A DNA stretch of 64,000 nucleotides from Tubiluchus corallicola (lineage: Eukaryota > Animalia > Priapulida), in the NCBI GenBank assembly GCA_030141605.1, contig JAQGDQ010000033.1:434001-498000 (forward strand). The letters run 5' to 3'. The notes under the pieces are model-generated. The model saw only the letters and a list, made by a program, of their open reading frames with translations. It was not told the origin of the DNA and searched no databases. Shown here in pieces: positions 1 through 11,580 of the stretch. The first letter of the stretch is position 1. The number at the start of each line of letters is the position of its first letter. Both the position numbers and the translations under genes were made by a program.

Positions 1-361
1 TCGTGTTCTCTTTAAAACTGTTGAGACAGAAAACGCCCTAAACAGTAAAGAAAAATACGTCGTATAGTCTAAGTAGTCACGTAATGAAGTGGAACTTCTT
101 TTCCAAAAAAAATTTTAATGACACTAGCAAATTACTTTTAGAAAATTACCACACAGTTAGAAATAAAAATTTACTAAAAATTTGCTACTATAGTACTTCA
201 TTTCTTAGCACGTTGCTGTGTACGAAACATAAAATAAAATTAAAATTATAATGAAGATGCTCCAATTTCTAGTTCCTTTTTATTTATAAGAAAACTGTTT
301 AAAAATGCAGGATTTCGAACATAAGAGTAAAAAAGTTTCGGCTGTCAAAGGTGCGAATAAA

Positions 362-437
362 CTCACTCGACCGGGTTTTATTTCATTATTACGTTTACGC
401 CTCACTCGACTGGATTTTATTGCATTATTACGTTTAT
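362..437. repeat. Two-copy ~39-bp tandem duplication
   Basis: ctcactcgac..g.ttttatt.cattattacgttta occurs at 362 and 401. Confidence 0.8.
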
Positions 438-754
438 TTCGTAACATTGACGTTTCTGTTTCTCATTAGACTCCGATTCTCGTCTAATAAGAATTTATTT
501 CGAACTTAACCAATTTGCTGTAAGTACATGTTTGAGAAAAACAAGCAATACAATAACGTCTACTTGTAACTATACTTGTGACTAAATTATTGCTTGTTTT
601 TCTATTCATTTTTAATAAAGCCTTATTTTTTTGCTGTTATAATGACACTCACGTCTCAAGTTTTAGAAACCACAGTACTTTTAGTTACACATAAAATAAC
701 TTGGTCTAGATATATGCCTTGCCGGACAAATAGAATAAAAGCAATACAACAAAC

Positions 755-931
755 CAGGTAAACTGCAATGGCTGCACCAAGAAAAAACCCGACAAACACA
801 TCAGCTGGAAAATTCCTGTAATCCTGTAGTCGAGAGACGCCAGCAAATAAAGATAAACTGATCAGACCAAACACTAGTATCGGTTGCATTAGACGAACGT
901 AACACAAAGACGTGATAAAATGTACGTAAAT
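755..931 (-). CDS. PLPPR-like gene, coding exon 6 (degenerate C3 motif); the gene probably continues beyond position 1
   Basis: 177 nt, tttcAG acceptor, GTTTGT donor; SRLQDYRNFPADVFVGFFLG versus canonical SRxxxxxHxxxD. No later exon recognised in 1-754. Confidence 0.88.
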
Positions 932-1481
932 CTGAAATAAATAAAAAGTCTCTTTTGACGAGTTTTGAGGCAGCCGGCTCGGTTGTGTTTACTCACCGTC
1001 AGCATACATCCAGTGCCTGCTTGACATATAATTTACAACAGAACTATGGTGATAATCTATAACAGAACGGTCAAAAGTTATTTTGCTGGTTTAGCTATCG
1101 GTTATTTATGAAATCAGTTGCTTAGTGTATTCATATTAAAGGAATTTAAAATCTCTTCGTTATTATTGTTAGAACAATCAACACCAACATTATCGTCTTG
1201 ATTGTCATCATCGTTGTCACTATCATGATTGCTTTCAGTATTGCAATCACCGTGATCACCATTACATCAGCAACAATATCAAAATTATAATTTAAATTGT
1301 TACTCAGATTACTAGCAATATTTCAACCCTAGAAGGAAGCAAAAAACAATGGAAAAGGAAAGCTAAAAGTTTCTCTATTGAGTGTTCGTTTAGCACTTAC
1401 AAAAATAATGCATCATACCACACCGTTAACTGTTTACAATTTCGCGGACATAAAAAGTAAAAATGCCGAAAAAGAACTTAC

Positions 1482-1539
1482 CGCTGCGTAAACCATACTA
1501 TACATTGAAAAGGAAGCATAGAACGAAGGAAACGACATA
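1482..1539 (-). CDS. PLPPR-like gene, coding exon 5 (degenerate C2 motif)
   Basis: 58 nt, ttttttcAG acceptor, GTAAGT donor; RMSFPSFYASFSMYSMVYAA versus canonical SFPSGH. Confidence 0.9.
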
Positions 1540-1796
1540 CTGAAAAAAGAGACGATTGGCAAATAATTATATCCAATCGATTTGAATTGAATTTTTAATT
1601 AAATAAAATTAGAAAGCCGCTGCAAAGAATACACAGACAACTCCTACACGCTTAATTCACATAATGATAAATATAGTTCATATTAACCTATCCGTGACAC
1701 TTTAACTTAACTGTTTTCTAACGATCCTATAGGTGGTAAAAGCAGCTACAATGGGTTGTTTTGTTAAACATTATATCATTTTCTTGTTTTTCTTAC

Positions 1797-1998
1797 CGAG
1801 CATCTCTGAGTAATGTATCATTTTCTGGAATCTTATACAGGCAAATGTCTTCTTCTGCCATGCCTTCTCCATACATAGCCTTACAATTATCAATGTCTGG
1901 ATCACAAAGATCTAGCCAATATGGACGCAGACGACCAATTGTGATCTTTAGCACATCAGTGAATATCCAAGTTAGAGATAATCCCAATAAAAACATTC
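1797..1998 (-). CDS. PLPPR-like gene, coding exon 4 (C1 motif)
   Basis: 202 nt, CAG acceptor, GTAAG donor; contains TDVLKITIGRLRPYWLDLCDP, the PAP2 C1 motif K-x6-RP. Confidence 0.92.
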
Positions 1999-2465
1999 CT
2001 GTACAAATAATAATAAAAAGAAATCAAGCATAAACGACTACGGCGTTGACAATAATCATTAAAGGGACAACATTTCTTCACTATGTATTGTAAATAGTTT
2101 AGAAACTTTTAAAAAGCCTAAGATGGAGGGTCTTGGATATATTGTAGCTGGGCAACCATCTATGATAAACCCTTTTCTCGTCATAACATGTACAACAAAG
2201 AGAGATAATACAGAAATGAAATAATTTGCCAAATATCTATAAAATTCATTTATAGGTCTTCATTTATAAAAAAATAAAACAAAAACTGTAGTAACCATTT
2301 GCATAATAGCTCATAATTATCCTCGTTTTCAGTAATTCTAAAATTTATTATATGCTACCGGAATTTTCTGAAAACAGCGTATTTACTTAACAAATTATTT
2401 TCACAAGTGATTTTATGTATAATATCTTTCTGAAGTAATTATTACAAAAACACAACAATACAAAC

Positions 2466-2583
2466 CTATGTTTCTAAAAATGCGTCGTAAAGGCTGTGGA
2501 AGTTTACAAGATGGCGCACAAGCGACGATCGTCCTTGATGGTGATTTTGAGAAAAACAGGAAGAACAACTCCCCTATAAAAAT
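2466..2583 (-). CDS. PLPPR-like gene, coding exon 3
   Basis: 118 nt, AG/GT boundaries, phases fit; IFIGELFFLFFSKSPSRTIVACAPSCKLPQPLRRIFRNIG resembles the PLPPR GE...C...LRRxxRxxG segment. Confidence 0.88.
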
Positions 2584-3531
2584 CTAAGTGAAAAAATGAC
2601 ATTATTGATAGTTGTTAATTAAAATTTATGATAATTAATACGCTTCGGAAACTGCGCATTCCTAAATTTTCAGTTCAGATTGCCTAAAATTAAATAACAT
2701 GATATGCAATCTCAAAACTTATTGATGGCGCAGAAGAATGTGCCGAAGTTTAGATTACAATAATATTAGAAGTAAGTGCTCTACAAAGTTGAAATTTCAC
2801 AGATTAATACTACGATACATTAGCTTTAGGCTGCGAAAGCTGCAACCAACTTTTAGTAATTTTACGTTATGGCCGAAAATCTTTTGCGTTTTAGAACTTT
2901 AAATGTCGGAACAATGTGAGTTAATCATCCATTGAAATATAGCCACGTCTTCGTATTTAAAACACTGAATAGTCAATAGGCCTACATAGCAGCAAAACAA
3001 TGAAGGAATCAACCAGTTTACATCATAGTCTTCGTCACCGAAATAGATAAAGATTTGTTTGCAAGAAAATGGAACTTAATCCTATGAAGTGCGGTATCTG
3101 GAATGTAGATACCCTGATGTAAAAACCCTGAAGACAAAAATTTGTGAGTGCTGGGACCAAATACAGCTTTAAAAAATAATAAACTCTGTCGGTTGCTGGA
3201 AAAAACACTGTCTAGTTTGCAGTGAAAATGCTAGACAGGTATATGCAAATGCTAGTTGTTGATTGACCACAATGTCATTATGCCAGCTTGTTGCCAATGA
3301 TTATTTTTGTTACAACGTGTATTGCCATTACTAATCTCACGTTTTTCGGATATCTACCGACGCTATAACAAGTCTACAAGATCATGTGAATGTTCCTCGC
3401 AGTAACTTTATAAACCCCGGTAAAACTCTGAAAGTTACCTCGTAGGTAATGGACATGGAAAACAATTTATACTAAGTGGCACTAAGAGTACTAAAAGAAC
3501 CAAAATACATGACCGATTTAAATTCACTCAC

Positions 3532-3679
3532 CAAAACAACAGGCAGAAGAAAGCCCGCTAAATAAAGTGCTAACTCAGGAATGTAAATGTTGGAATTTTT
3601 TGGATCAACATATGGATGATTCAATGAGGAATCTTCGCACGCAAATGTTTGCTCCGTAACATTAAACTTATCTGTAAAT
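3532..3679 (-). CDS. PLPPR-like gene, coding exon 2
   Basis: AG acceptor and GTGAGT donor, 148 nt, phases fit; FTDKFNVTEQTFACEDSSLNHPY matches the PAP2 FxCxDxSxxYPY loop, followed by TM2. Not in the ORF track. Confidence 0.88.
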
Positions 3680-4090
3680 CTGAAATGAATTTAAAAGATT
3701 AAAACCCCAAACAACACTGTCTTTTAGTAAAAAATGAAATATTTGACACTATTTTTAAATATTTCTACTTCACGAACATCATCAAGGCTTAGGAAAAGAA
3801 TGCCAGTTCTATCTGGCTTTGGTTTGTCTTGAGCATGTTATAATGCATCTAACATATCTTTGTATTTAGCGAGCAAATGTTTTAATTTTTCCATTCTTGA
3901 TTCTCAGTCATTTTCTCAACGATTCTAAACTTGTAATCACAAGTTGCTTAACAGTTAACAGCAAGCGAGTTTGTAATGTTTGATGCATTCCGAGGCCACG
4001 GTACGTGCTTTATGACCTCATAAAAGTTCTAGTTTATGTAAATATCTCCCGGTTTCATTGTATTCGTATGTTTTAGCTAAAATTTGTTAC

Positions 4091-4380
4091 CTTAGAAAAC
4101 AGCTAAGTACCCAGAGCCCAGCTAACAACAAAAACTCGAAGATAAACACTGATATTAGGTAAGGATTCACTGTAGTGTTGTTGTTATAATCGTCGCTGTC
4201 ATGTTCGCTGTTTTCATCAAACTGTCCAAAATGTTGTTCAGGTTGACGTGACAACGAGTCTGACTTTCCATAAGCAGGCTCAACCCTCTGGCTCATAGGA
4301 GCACCCATTTCTTGAAGAGTAAATGTGCCCGGTTGAGTTGCATTGCTTCTTTTATTTTCGTTGTAATAAGCCCGATTCAT
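4091..4380 (-). CDS. PAP2-family phospholipid phosphatase-related (PLPPR-like) gene, first visible coding exon
   Basis: ATG at 4380 directly follows an acceptor (ttttcacAG); exon ends at an AAG|GTAAC donor; 290 nt, phase 2; encodes a polar N-terminus plus TM1 (YLISVFIFEFLLLAGLWVLSCFLR). Confidence 0.8.
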
Positions 4381-4771
4381 CTGTGAAAATGTAATTTATT
4401 ATGAGTTCATTTGAAAGTATTCATTCGTTTATTTACATGCTCGCACATTCTAGCATATGTTTAACTGTTGAATAATCGTTATATTTATTTCACCACTTGT
4501 TTCTATATTCATTCTTTCTTGTTCAATCATATATTTAGTCCCTTTTCAGGATATGTTCAACCATACATTCTGTCACTAAATCACTTGTTTACTTTCTCGG
4601 TAATATATTTGATCAACCTTCTGTTTGCTAATTCATTTAATATTCCTTTATTCGCTTCTTTTCGATTCATTCATTTAGTAATTTATTACTCATTTGTTGT
4701 TTAGTTTGTTTGTCCATTCGTTTCGTCGTTTGTTCATTCATTTGTAGGTACAGGTTTTCATTTATTGGCTG

Positions 4772-5060
4772 ACTCATTCATTCATTCATTCATTTATTCA
4801 GTCATTCATTCATTCATTCATTCATTCATTCATTCATTCATTCATTCATTCATTCATTCATTCATTCATTCATTCATTCATTCATTCATTCATTCATTCA
4901 TTCATTCACTCATTCATTTATTCATTCATTCATTCATTCATTCATTCATTCATTCATTCATTCATTCATTCATTCATTCATTCATTCATTCATTCATTCA
5001 TTCATTCATTCGCTCGTTCGTTCGTTCATTCATTCATTCATTCATTCATTCATTCATTAA
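4772..5060. repeat. (TTCA)n tetranucleotide microsatellite
   Basis: Visible directly; explains the HSFI-repeat ORF. Confidence 0.97.
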
Positions 5061-6751
5061 CTTACTTATTCATTCACTTACTTATGCATTCATACATCAA
5101 TTTATTCAGTCAGTGCTGTTTCGTATAAATAAACTTGCCAAACTGCTAAGTGATTTTAACCTATTCTGTCTAAAGCACATCTTTATAAAACAAGTCATTA
5201 AAATAATATTTAATCAATTTATTTTTGGTCTGTATTAATTTTTTATAACGAGATTCCTATCAACAGATTTTGAGAACAACTTTTTGTAAAAAACTGCCAA
5301 ATGTGGCCAATATAAGACATTATGACATCTGTACTCAGGGTACCTCAACATTTTTGGCAAATACAGAAATCATACATTAAACGAACATACAGAAGGCATA
5401 TCGATAAAGGAAATATAAAAATAAAAACCCCTCACCTTTGTAGAAATAGCAAAATACGGCAATGGAAAACTTGGTTGATACGACAACAGAACCACCTTGA
5501 CTACTTCGTATAACTCGCACTTTTGTATACTGATTCACCATACTGTCTAAGGCAAAGCAAGTTTACACGGAGGCGTGGTGCGTAAACAGCAAACCAAAGT
5601 CCAGTATGCAGAATATCCATACCATACCTGCATAAAGCAGCGCAAACATGCTACGTCCTTATTAAATGATAATAAATAAAGTATTATTGATTTTTGTAGA
5701 AAGTAATTTTGTAGTTTATTTAGTGACATCAGTCGGTGTTGTTTACATTAGTTTATTTTGTTATCAGAATCAAGAAAGCGATTCAGCGAATTTGTAAGCA
5801 GTTTTACCTATCAATAATTCTACCAGCAATATAAGCCTGTATTGCATACTATATTACATAATTACATCAACTTTAGGACAATTTGAAAAATGTGCTGTTT
5901 TTACTTGCCAAAGCAATAACTGCAGAAGCTTAAAATCTGTAAACATTGTTAATCGTATCTAACTTAACCATTATTCTTAATTTTCCCCTTATTATTCCTT
6001 ATAAGAAGTAGTTATGTGTCATTCTATGAGCATAAAAAGAGTCATAGTAAAACACTATTGCAATTACTGTTCGGAAACTTTAAGTTACTGTGAGAAACTT
6101 GAAATTATTTCCTTCTGAGAGAAAACAGGCTTGTGATAGACCATTTTTTATCATATTAACTGCACATTTACACGGTTTGATAACGGCCGGTCTTACGAAC
6201 AAAAACGGATATTTCTTAAAATCGTCAATATGCGATCACGAAAAAACGATAAACTGCCTCCTAGAGACTATCCTTTTATATTACTGGTAATTTATAATAC
6301 TAATCTGTTTATTTATTAGCAACTAATGAACAAAAACAAGAGACAATCAGCCAACTCAATTAATTCTGTTGCAGTCTTTATCACGTAAAATTATACATAT
6401 GTAAATGTAAATGTGAAGATATAACTTTCTTTATCAATTTGTGTATTATGCACAAACTTGAATTGCGTGTAAAAATTTCTGAATTTTAAAGTGCTTTTTA
6501 CTTAGTAACATCGCTTCATCAATGTTTTTAATTATGTACAATTTGTACAATGTAAATTTACTAACAATGTATTATAAAACATCAGTCCAGAAACTGAACA
6601 TACACAATTATTAATATGTATTGTGATTTTATTACTGTACATTTTGGTATATTTTATTACAATAAAGTTGTTATATATATTCGTTGTTTTTGTACCCCAT
6701 AACAAAAGGCAACATTTGCATGTATAGATCGATTATGCGGTTATGCTCGAT

Positions 6752-7117
6752 TATAGTACGATTATACATATACTTTGTGTGGAAGCCTTGTATGCCTCGT
6801 GTGTGTCGCCTGAAAGCATGAGGGGCTCGATCGGAGCAGAGCGAACTGAATGGCCTTTGCAATTGAGGGGATCGCTGTAAATCGCATCTACGATGAATAT
6901 ATTAGAGCTGCCCAGAAGGAGGCTGTGGAGGCTAAAATGGTCCAAGAACTACATTTTAAATACAAACTTATCAGACATTTGTATGATGTGTTAGAAGATC
7001 ACGAGTTCGACTCTGATTTCTTCGAGGCTCGGTCATTTCCCTCAAGATTGCAGGCTGTGCGACACGCACGAAGTTTTCACACTAAATATCGGGGACAAGA
7101 CAGATCCTGTACTGTTT
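6752..7117. mobile_element. Degenerate MITE-like element with imperfect inverted ends
   Basis: 6768-6840 (atactttgtgtggaagcct...cgtgtgtgtcgcctgaaagcatgaggg) approximates the reverse complement of 7025-7089 (ccctcaagattgcagg...gcgacacgcacgaagttttcacactaaatat). Confidence 0.55.
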
Positions 7118-8351
7118 AGCCAATACACTGATGTAATAAATTGTTCTCAACTGTACGCCCTAGTAAAAGCTAATCTTACACGCCGTACCTATATCAGGAA
7201 AGAATGCACGATTTTAAATTGTACCAATGCCATTCGACAAAGTATGAATTTAAAAAGCAATTGATCCACAATCACTAGTCGATTATTTATCTTGCAAGAA
7301 ATTAGCAACATCTTTTTTGTGAGTTCCACAAAAACTACTGCCCTGTGAAATAAGACTTATACGATGTGTTCAAAGGAGAAGTTGTCTATTGCGCGCTGTC
7401 GAAGCGCAATATCGTCTCAAAATTAGACGTTCGACCAACGTGTGGAGCATTTTTTAAACTTTGTATGCAACCACTTACAAGTCAGATTTTGACAAATTTG
7501 GCTAATTAGGCAAAAAACAAAACGGATTAAATGTCAGACAAGAAACAACCAATCAGTCAGCAGTAGGTAATTTTATATATATATTATATATATTATATAT
7601 ATATATATTAATTCTTTATTTGTCATTAAAATGGTTCACTCATTATAATAAAATTGAGTAAGCCTCCGCGTAATGTTAAAATAACCACACTGTTCAAGAC
7701 AAATGCGTCCAGTGCATACTGAAAAAACTAAAGTGCAAAACTATATACAATAAATGAACATATTTACAAACACCATATTAAAATATTTTTACAAAACAAT
7801 ATTACAAAAGTACATTAAATTTTACATGACATATTTTACACTATATGTACATTTGACATGACACAATTAACAGAAGCATGCTTTACATTACATAAATTTC
7901 ACTCATTACATTTACACTATTTATATAAATTGCAATACTGCAAACCTGAAGTGTTTAGCTAGTTTTAGTTGCTTGCGCATGTTAAATAAAAATCCGTTCA
8001 AGCCATCACAATGTTCGTACATACAAAACTGCGTTCGCATAAATGAAACTGAAATAGTATACATGTTGTTGAATATCATAATACTATGAAATGCAATAAG
8101 TGTATTTTCGACTATATTAATGTTTACGTTTTTCCTGCTGACACAATCTATTACAAACCATTCACTTTCCTATTATTCAAGCACACGCCTTGACCCTTCA
8201 GCTGCTTCACCCTTTATGTGCTAAAAGACTTTGCACCTCTATGCATAGTCTTGTTTCTTATCTGTTGAATAGGTCAATGTCTTCTGCGTATGTAGTTGTA
8301 ATCAACTGTATTTGTAAAGGCACGTAGTTTTGTGGTGATCTTAAAACTAAA

Positions 8352-8402
8352 ATGATGGGCATCACTAGAGTTAAATCAATTGAGGAGTCTCCAAATAAAA
8401 AG
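8352..8402 (+). CDS. KCTD-family BTB gene, exon 1
   Basis: ATG in aaaATG context, 17 codons (MMGITRVKSIEESPNKK), strong AAG|GTAAGG donor in phase 0 that matches exon 2. Confidence 0.72.
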
Positions 8403-9169
8403 GTAAGGTTGATAACTAAAATGTTTATCAAACTTTAAATGAGCTGATTACGGTTTGTATGCTGAGAAACGTTCAAAATGTTTCTTAGCAACTAGTATCC
8501 AGATGTACTAGATGCATCTAGGTGCCTAACACGTAATTGTCCTATTTTAAATAAACGCGTAGCAGAATATAAAGTAATCTTAATTGTTTGTTTAAAATTT
8601 CATTTGGTTAGTAACATTAAGCGCTAATTCATTACCATGAGACTGGTAAACTGTCCAGTTTCTAATCATGAAACGTCTTGAGTCAAGGAAAATCATAAAT
8701 TACCAAAACTTAATGTCAGTTTTCTAATTTAAATTACATTATAAATCTTTACTAATGTTGATCTTCGCAGTTGAAAAGAGATGATGTAGACGTGGCGACT
8801 ATATAATTCTATATATATTTTCTATAATTTTCAAAGTAATTATTCAAAGTACCATTATTAGCAATATAAGGATATTATAGTGCTTCGTTGTTGAGATTAA
8901 TTTTATAAATTTTCTTTTTCTTGGTTATTATTTATATAAAAATAATGGTACTGATTTGAACTAAAACGCTACAACAGCCTTAAAGATTACTGTTACTGAT
9001 GGAGTGCTGTCATTGCCACTATCGCTGCTGCTACTAAATACAAAGTAAATGACTAAAATCTATAATGATTAATCATAAAACTGCTTCATTATTGTGCGTT
9101 ACTAATAATTATTGCTATAGTGCCAGCACATCTAGATTATCAAATATTTTCTGAACAATTTCATTTCAG

Positions 9170-9643
9170 CTCCCGACGGTTATAGAACTCAATGTTGGTG
9201 GCTCACTCTACACGACGAGATTATGCACCTTACGCAAATATCCCGATTCTCTACTTGCGGCTATGTTTTCGGGAAAGTATAAGTTAGACCGGGATGAGGC
9301 ATATCGGATATTTATCGACAGAGATGGGACGCATTTTGGATACATATTAAATTGGTTACGAGATGACGACTTACCGCCACCTAGCGTCTTAGATCACGTT
9401 ATGAGGGAAGCCAGATTTTACGGCTTGCAGGCGCTCGTGAACATACTGAACAATTATCCAATGCTGTTAGTAGATGGCGTAACATCCCACACTACGTTTT
9501 ACAATAGTATAAAAAAGTGTAGAGAAAGGGAAGATACCATGAAGAGATGCATTCTAATTTTATCTTGCATCGTAGTCGCCATATTGTTCAGTGGTGTTGG
9601 TTATGGTTTTGTAAATTTCAGGAAGCTGATGTTTGAACAATGA
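9170..9643 (+). CDS. KCTD7/KCTD14-like BTB (T1) domain protein, exon 2; about 174 aa in total with a C-terminal hydrophobic helix
   Basis: tttcatttcAG acceptor; LPTVIELNVGGSLYTTRLCTLRKYPDSLLAAMFSG...IFIDRDGTHFGYILNWLRDDDLP...EARFYGL is a textbook KCTD BTB; TGA stop at 9641-9643. Confidence 0.92.
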   Translation, partial: LPTVIELNVGGSLYTTRLCTLRKYPDSLLAAMFSGKYKLDRDEAYRIFIDRDGTHFGYILNWLRDDDLPPPSVLDHVMREARFYGLQALVNILNNYPMLLVDGVTSHTTFYNSIKKCREREDTMKRCILILSCIVVAILFSGVGYGFVNFRKLMFEQ

Positions 9644-11344
9644 ATTGCATTGCAGCTTGCAAACTCGTCGTATTAATGATATTCTGTACCCATATGCAGG
9701 AACAGCTATCGTTTCACACAGAAATGAAACAATACTAGTCTGTGAAGATATAAAGTTAAAGAAACGAAACAACACCAAGGGATTCCTTTTTCTCAACAGT
9801 TAACGAAAAAACTGTTTGAGCAATATTTCTAAAACGGCGCTGTCACGGTTTCCTGCTGTTTGTAACAGAGTGTTTTATTAATCCATTGGAAAGATCATTA
9901 GCTTCGTTATTATTCTTTATATTAACTGATTGAAAATATAAACTCAATGTAATAATCCTTCGTAGAGAATGGAATCTCAGGCATAGATGGTCAGTGTTGT
10001 GACCCAAAAAAGAATCAAGTTAAAATAATCATGCTTACCTACATATACAAATTGTTTCATTAACATTGCATAGAAAATGCAACTTTTACGTGTTGTGTCA
10101 CTCCGGATCTACCTTATGAACAACACGCGTAACCTGTGGAATGCAGTTGATTGCGTATAGAGGCGTTATGCAATCAGGTATTTGGCTAATATTAGATGCT
10201 TTGCAGGTATTAGCGGAATTCGCTAATGAAAATTCTATGCAGTTGTCAGGTTGTAATGTGCTGTATATGTGCCTATTTATAGGAAACAAACACCAAAACA
10301 GCAATACAGTGGTTATGTTTGTACACACTTGAAAATAAAACTATTTTAGAACACCTTTTTATGTCATATTTTTTTCGATTTCAGACCATGATGCAAAACT
10401 CTTCATGTGTGTATAGAATGGCATTGCACGTACACGTAACATTTCATAATTATAGCATCAAGTTAATTAGTGAAAAACAGAGAAATATTTTTGTCCAGAG
10501 AAAAATGATCAAAATAAGTAAGTTCCTAGATGTTTTAAAATGTTGGGAAACGCCGATTAGAAAAAAGGTTTATAAATGTAGCGTATACAAATATTCACCA
10601 TTGCACTAATATTAAACATCGTTCCTGAAATTTTTGTTGTCAGTATGACTAACAATTATTTTTGCATGGTTTCCTCCTATATTGACAGTATAAAGCAATT
10701 AACACTTGTTTTTCTTTTCAATTAATAAGAAGACAGAAAGACGCGCTTGCGCTTAAATTATGTTCTATTTTTATTCTTACCAAAACTGAGATTTTTTAAA
10801 AAATAATGAATCAGAATTGCTGCGTATCACAAAGGACAAAAATTTATTCTAATGTCCCTAGTACATTATCTGGTAAATGTAGTACCAATATATAAAAAGC
10901 GATTGATTCACTCAATGGCTTCATCCACACATAAAAATGCGACTTTCTGCTAATATTCCTGGCAAATCACCTTCGCACAATTATCTACCTGCAATAACTT
11001 CACTAACCTCAGCAAAACTCACTGAGAAATTTGACTGAGTTTACGATTGCGGATAATTATTTAGAAATTTCATTGAAAGATGTCGTTTAAACACAATAAA
11101 ACGTACAAAGCCACTAGCTGGTTAAAGTAATAATATGTAAATTCAGCGCATAATTACGTACAAGCTTAAACCCGTGTAACTGCCACTAGTGTCGATTAAG
11201 TCATGTTTATGATTATGGAAATGAACCATGATCGCCGTAATTAAATATTTCTATTAGAATGCAAATTTGACATGGTTGCGGCCCAAGAATGGTGATTGCA
11301 GGTACAAGTAAAACAAGAAACGAACACTGTGCGCTAATGTTTAT

Positions 11345-11580
11345 TAATCATTCATTCGATCGTTCGTTCATTCGTCCATTTATCATTCATTTATTAATCC
11401 ATTCATTCAGTCAGTTAGTTAGTCAGTCAGCCAGCTAGCCAATCGGCATTCAGTCAGCCAGTTAGCTAGTGGGGCAGTCAGTCAGGGAGTGAGTGAGTGA
11501 GTGACTGCACGAGTGACTGAGTGAGTGAGTGAATGTGTGAGAGTGTGTGAGTCAGTCAGCCAGGCAATCAATCAGTCAGT
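11345..11580. repeat. Degenerate tetranucleotide array (TTCA/CAGT/GAGT)
   Basis: Visible 4-bp periodicity. Confidence 0.8.

Noticed and set aside
4765-5238. Repeat-translated ORFs (HSFI here; also poly-L/I/V at 28.6, 33.8 and 51.1 kb, and LTLPY at 36.8 kb)
   Set aside because: Artefacts of stop-free microsatellites.
6850-7119. 89-aa ORF with protein-like composition
   Set aside because: Lies within the inverted arms of a MITE-like element and has no recognisable domain.
7590-8100. Possible LINE 3' end on the minus strand with a (TA)-rich tail
   Set aside because: Peptide similarity too weak to call by eye.
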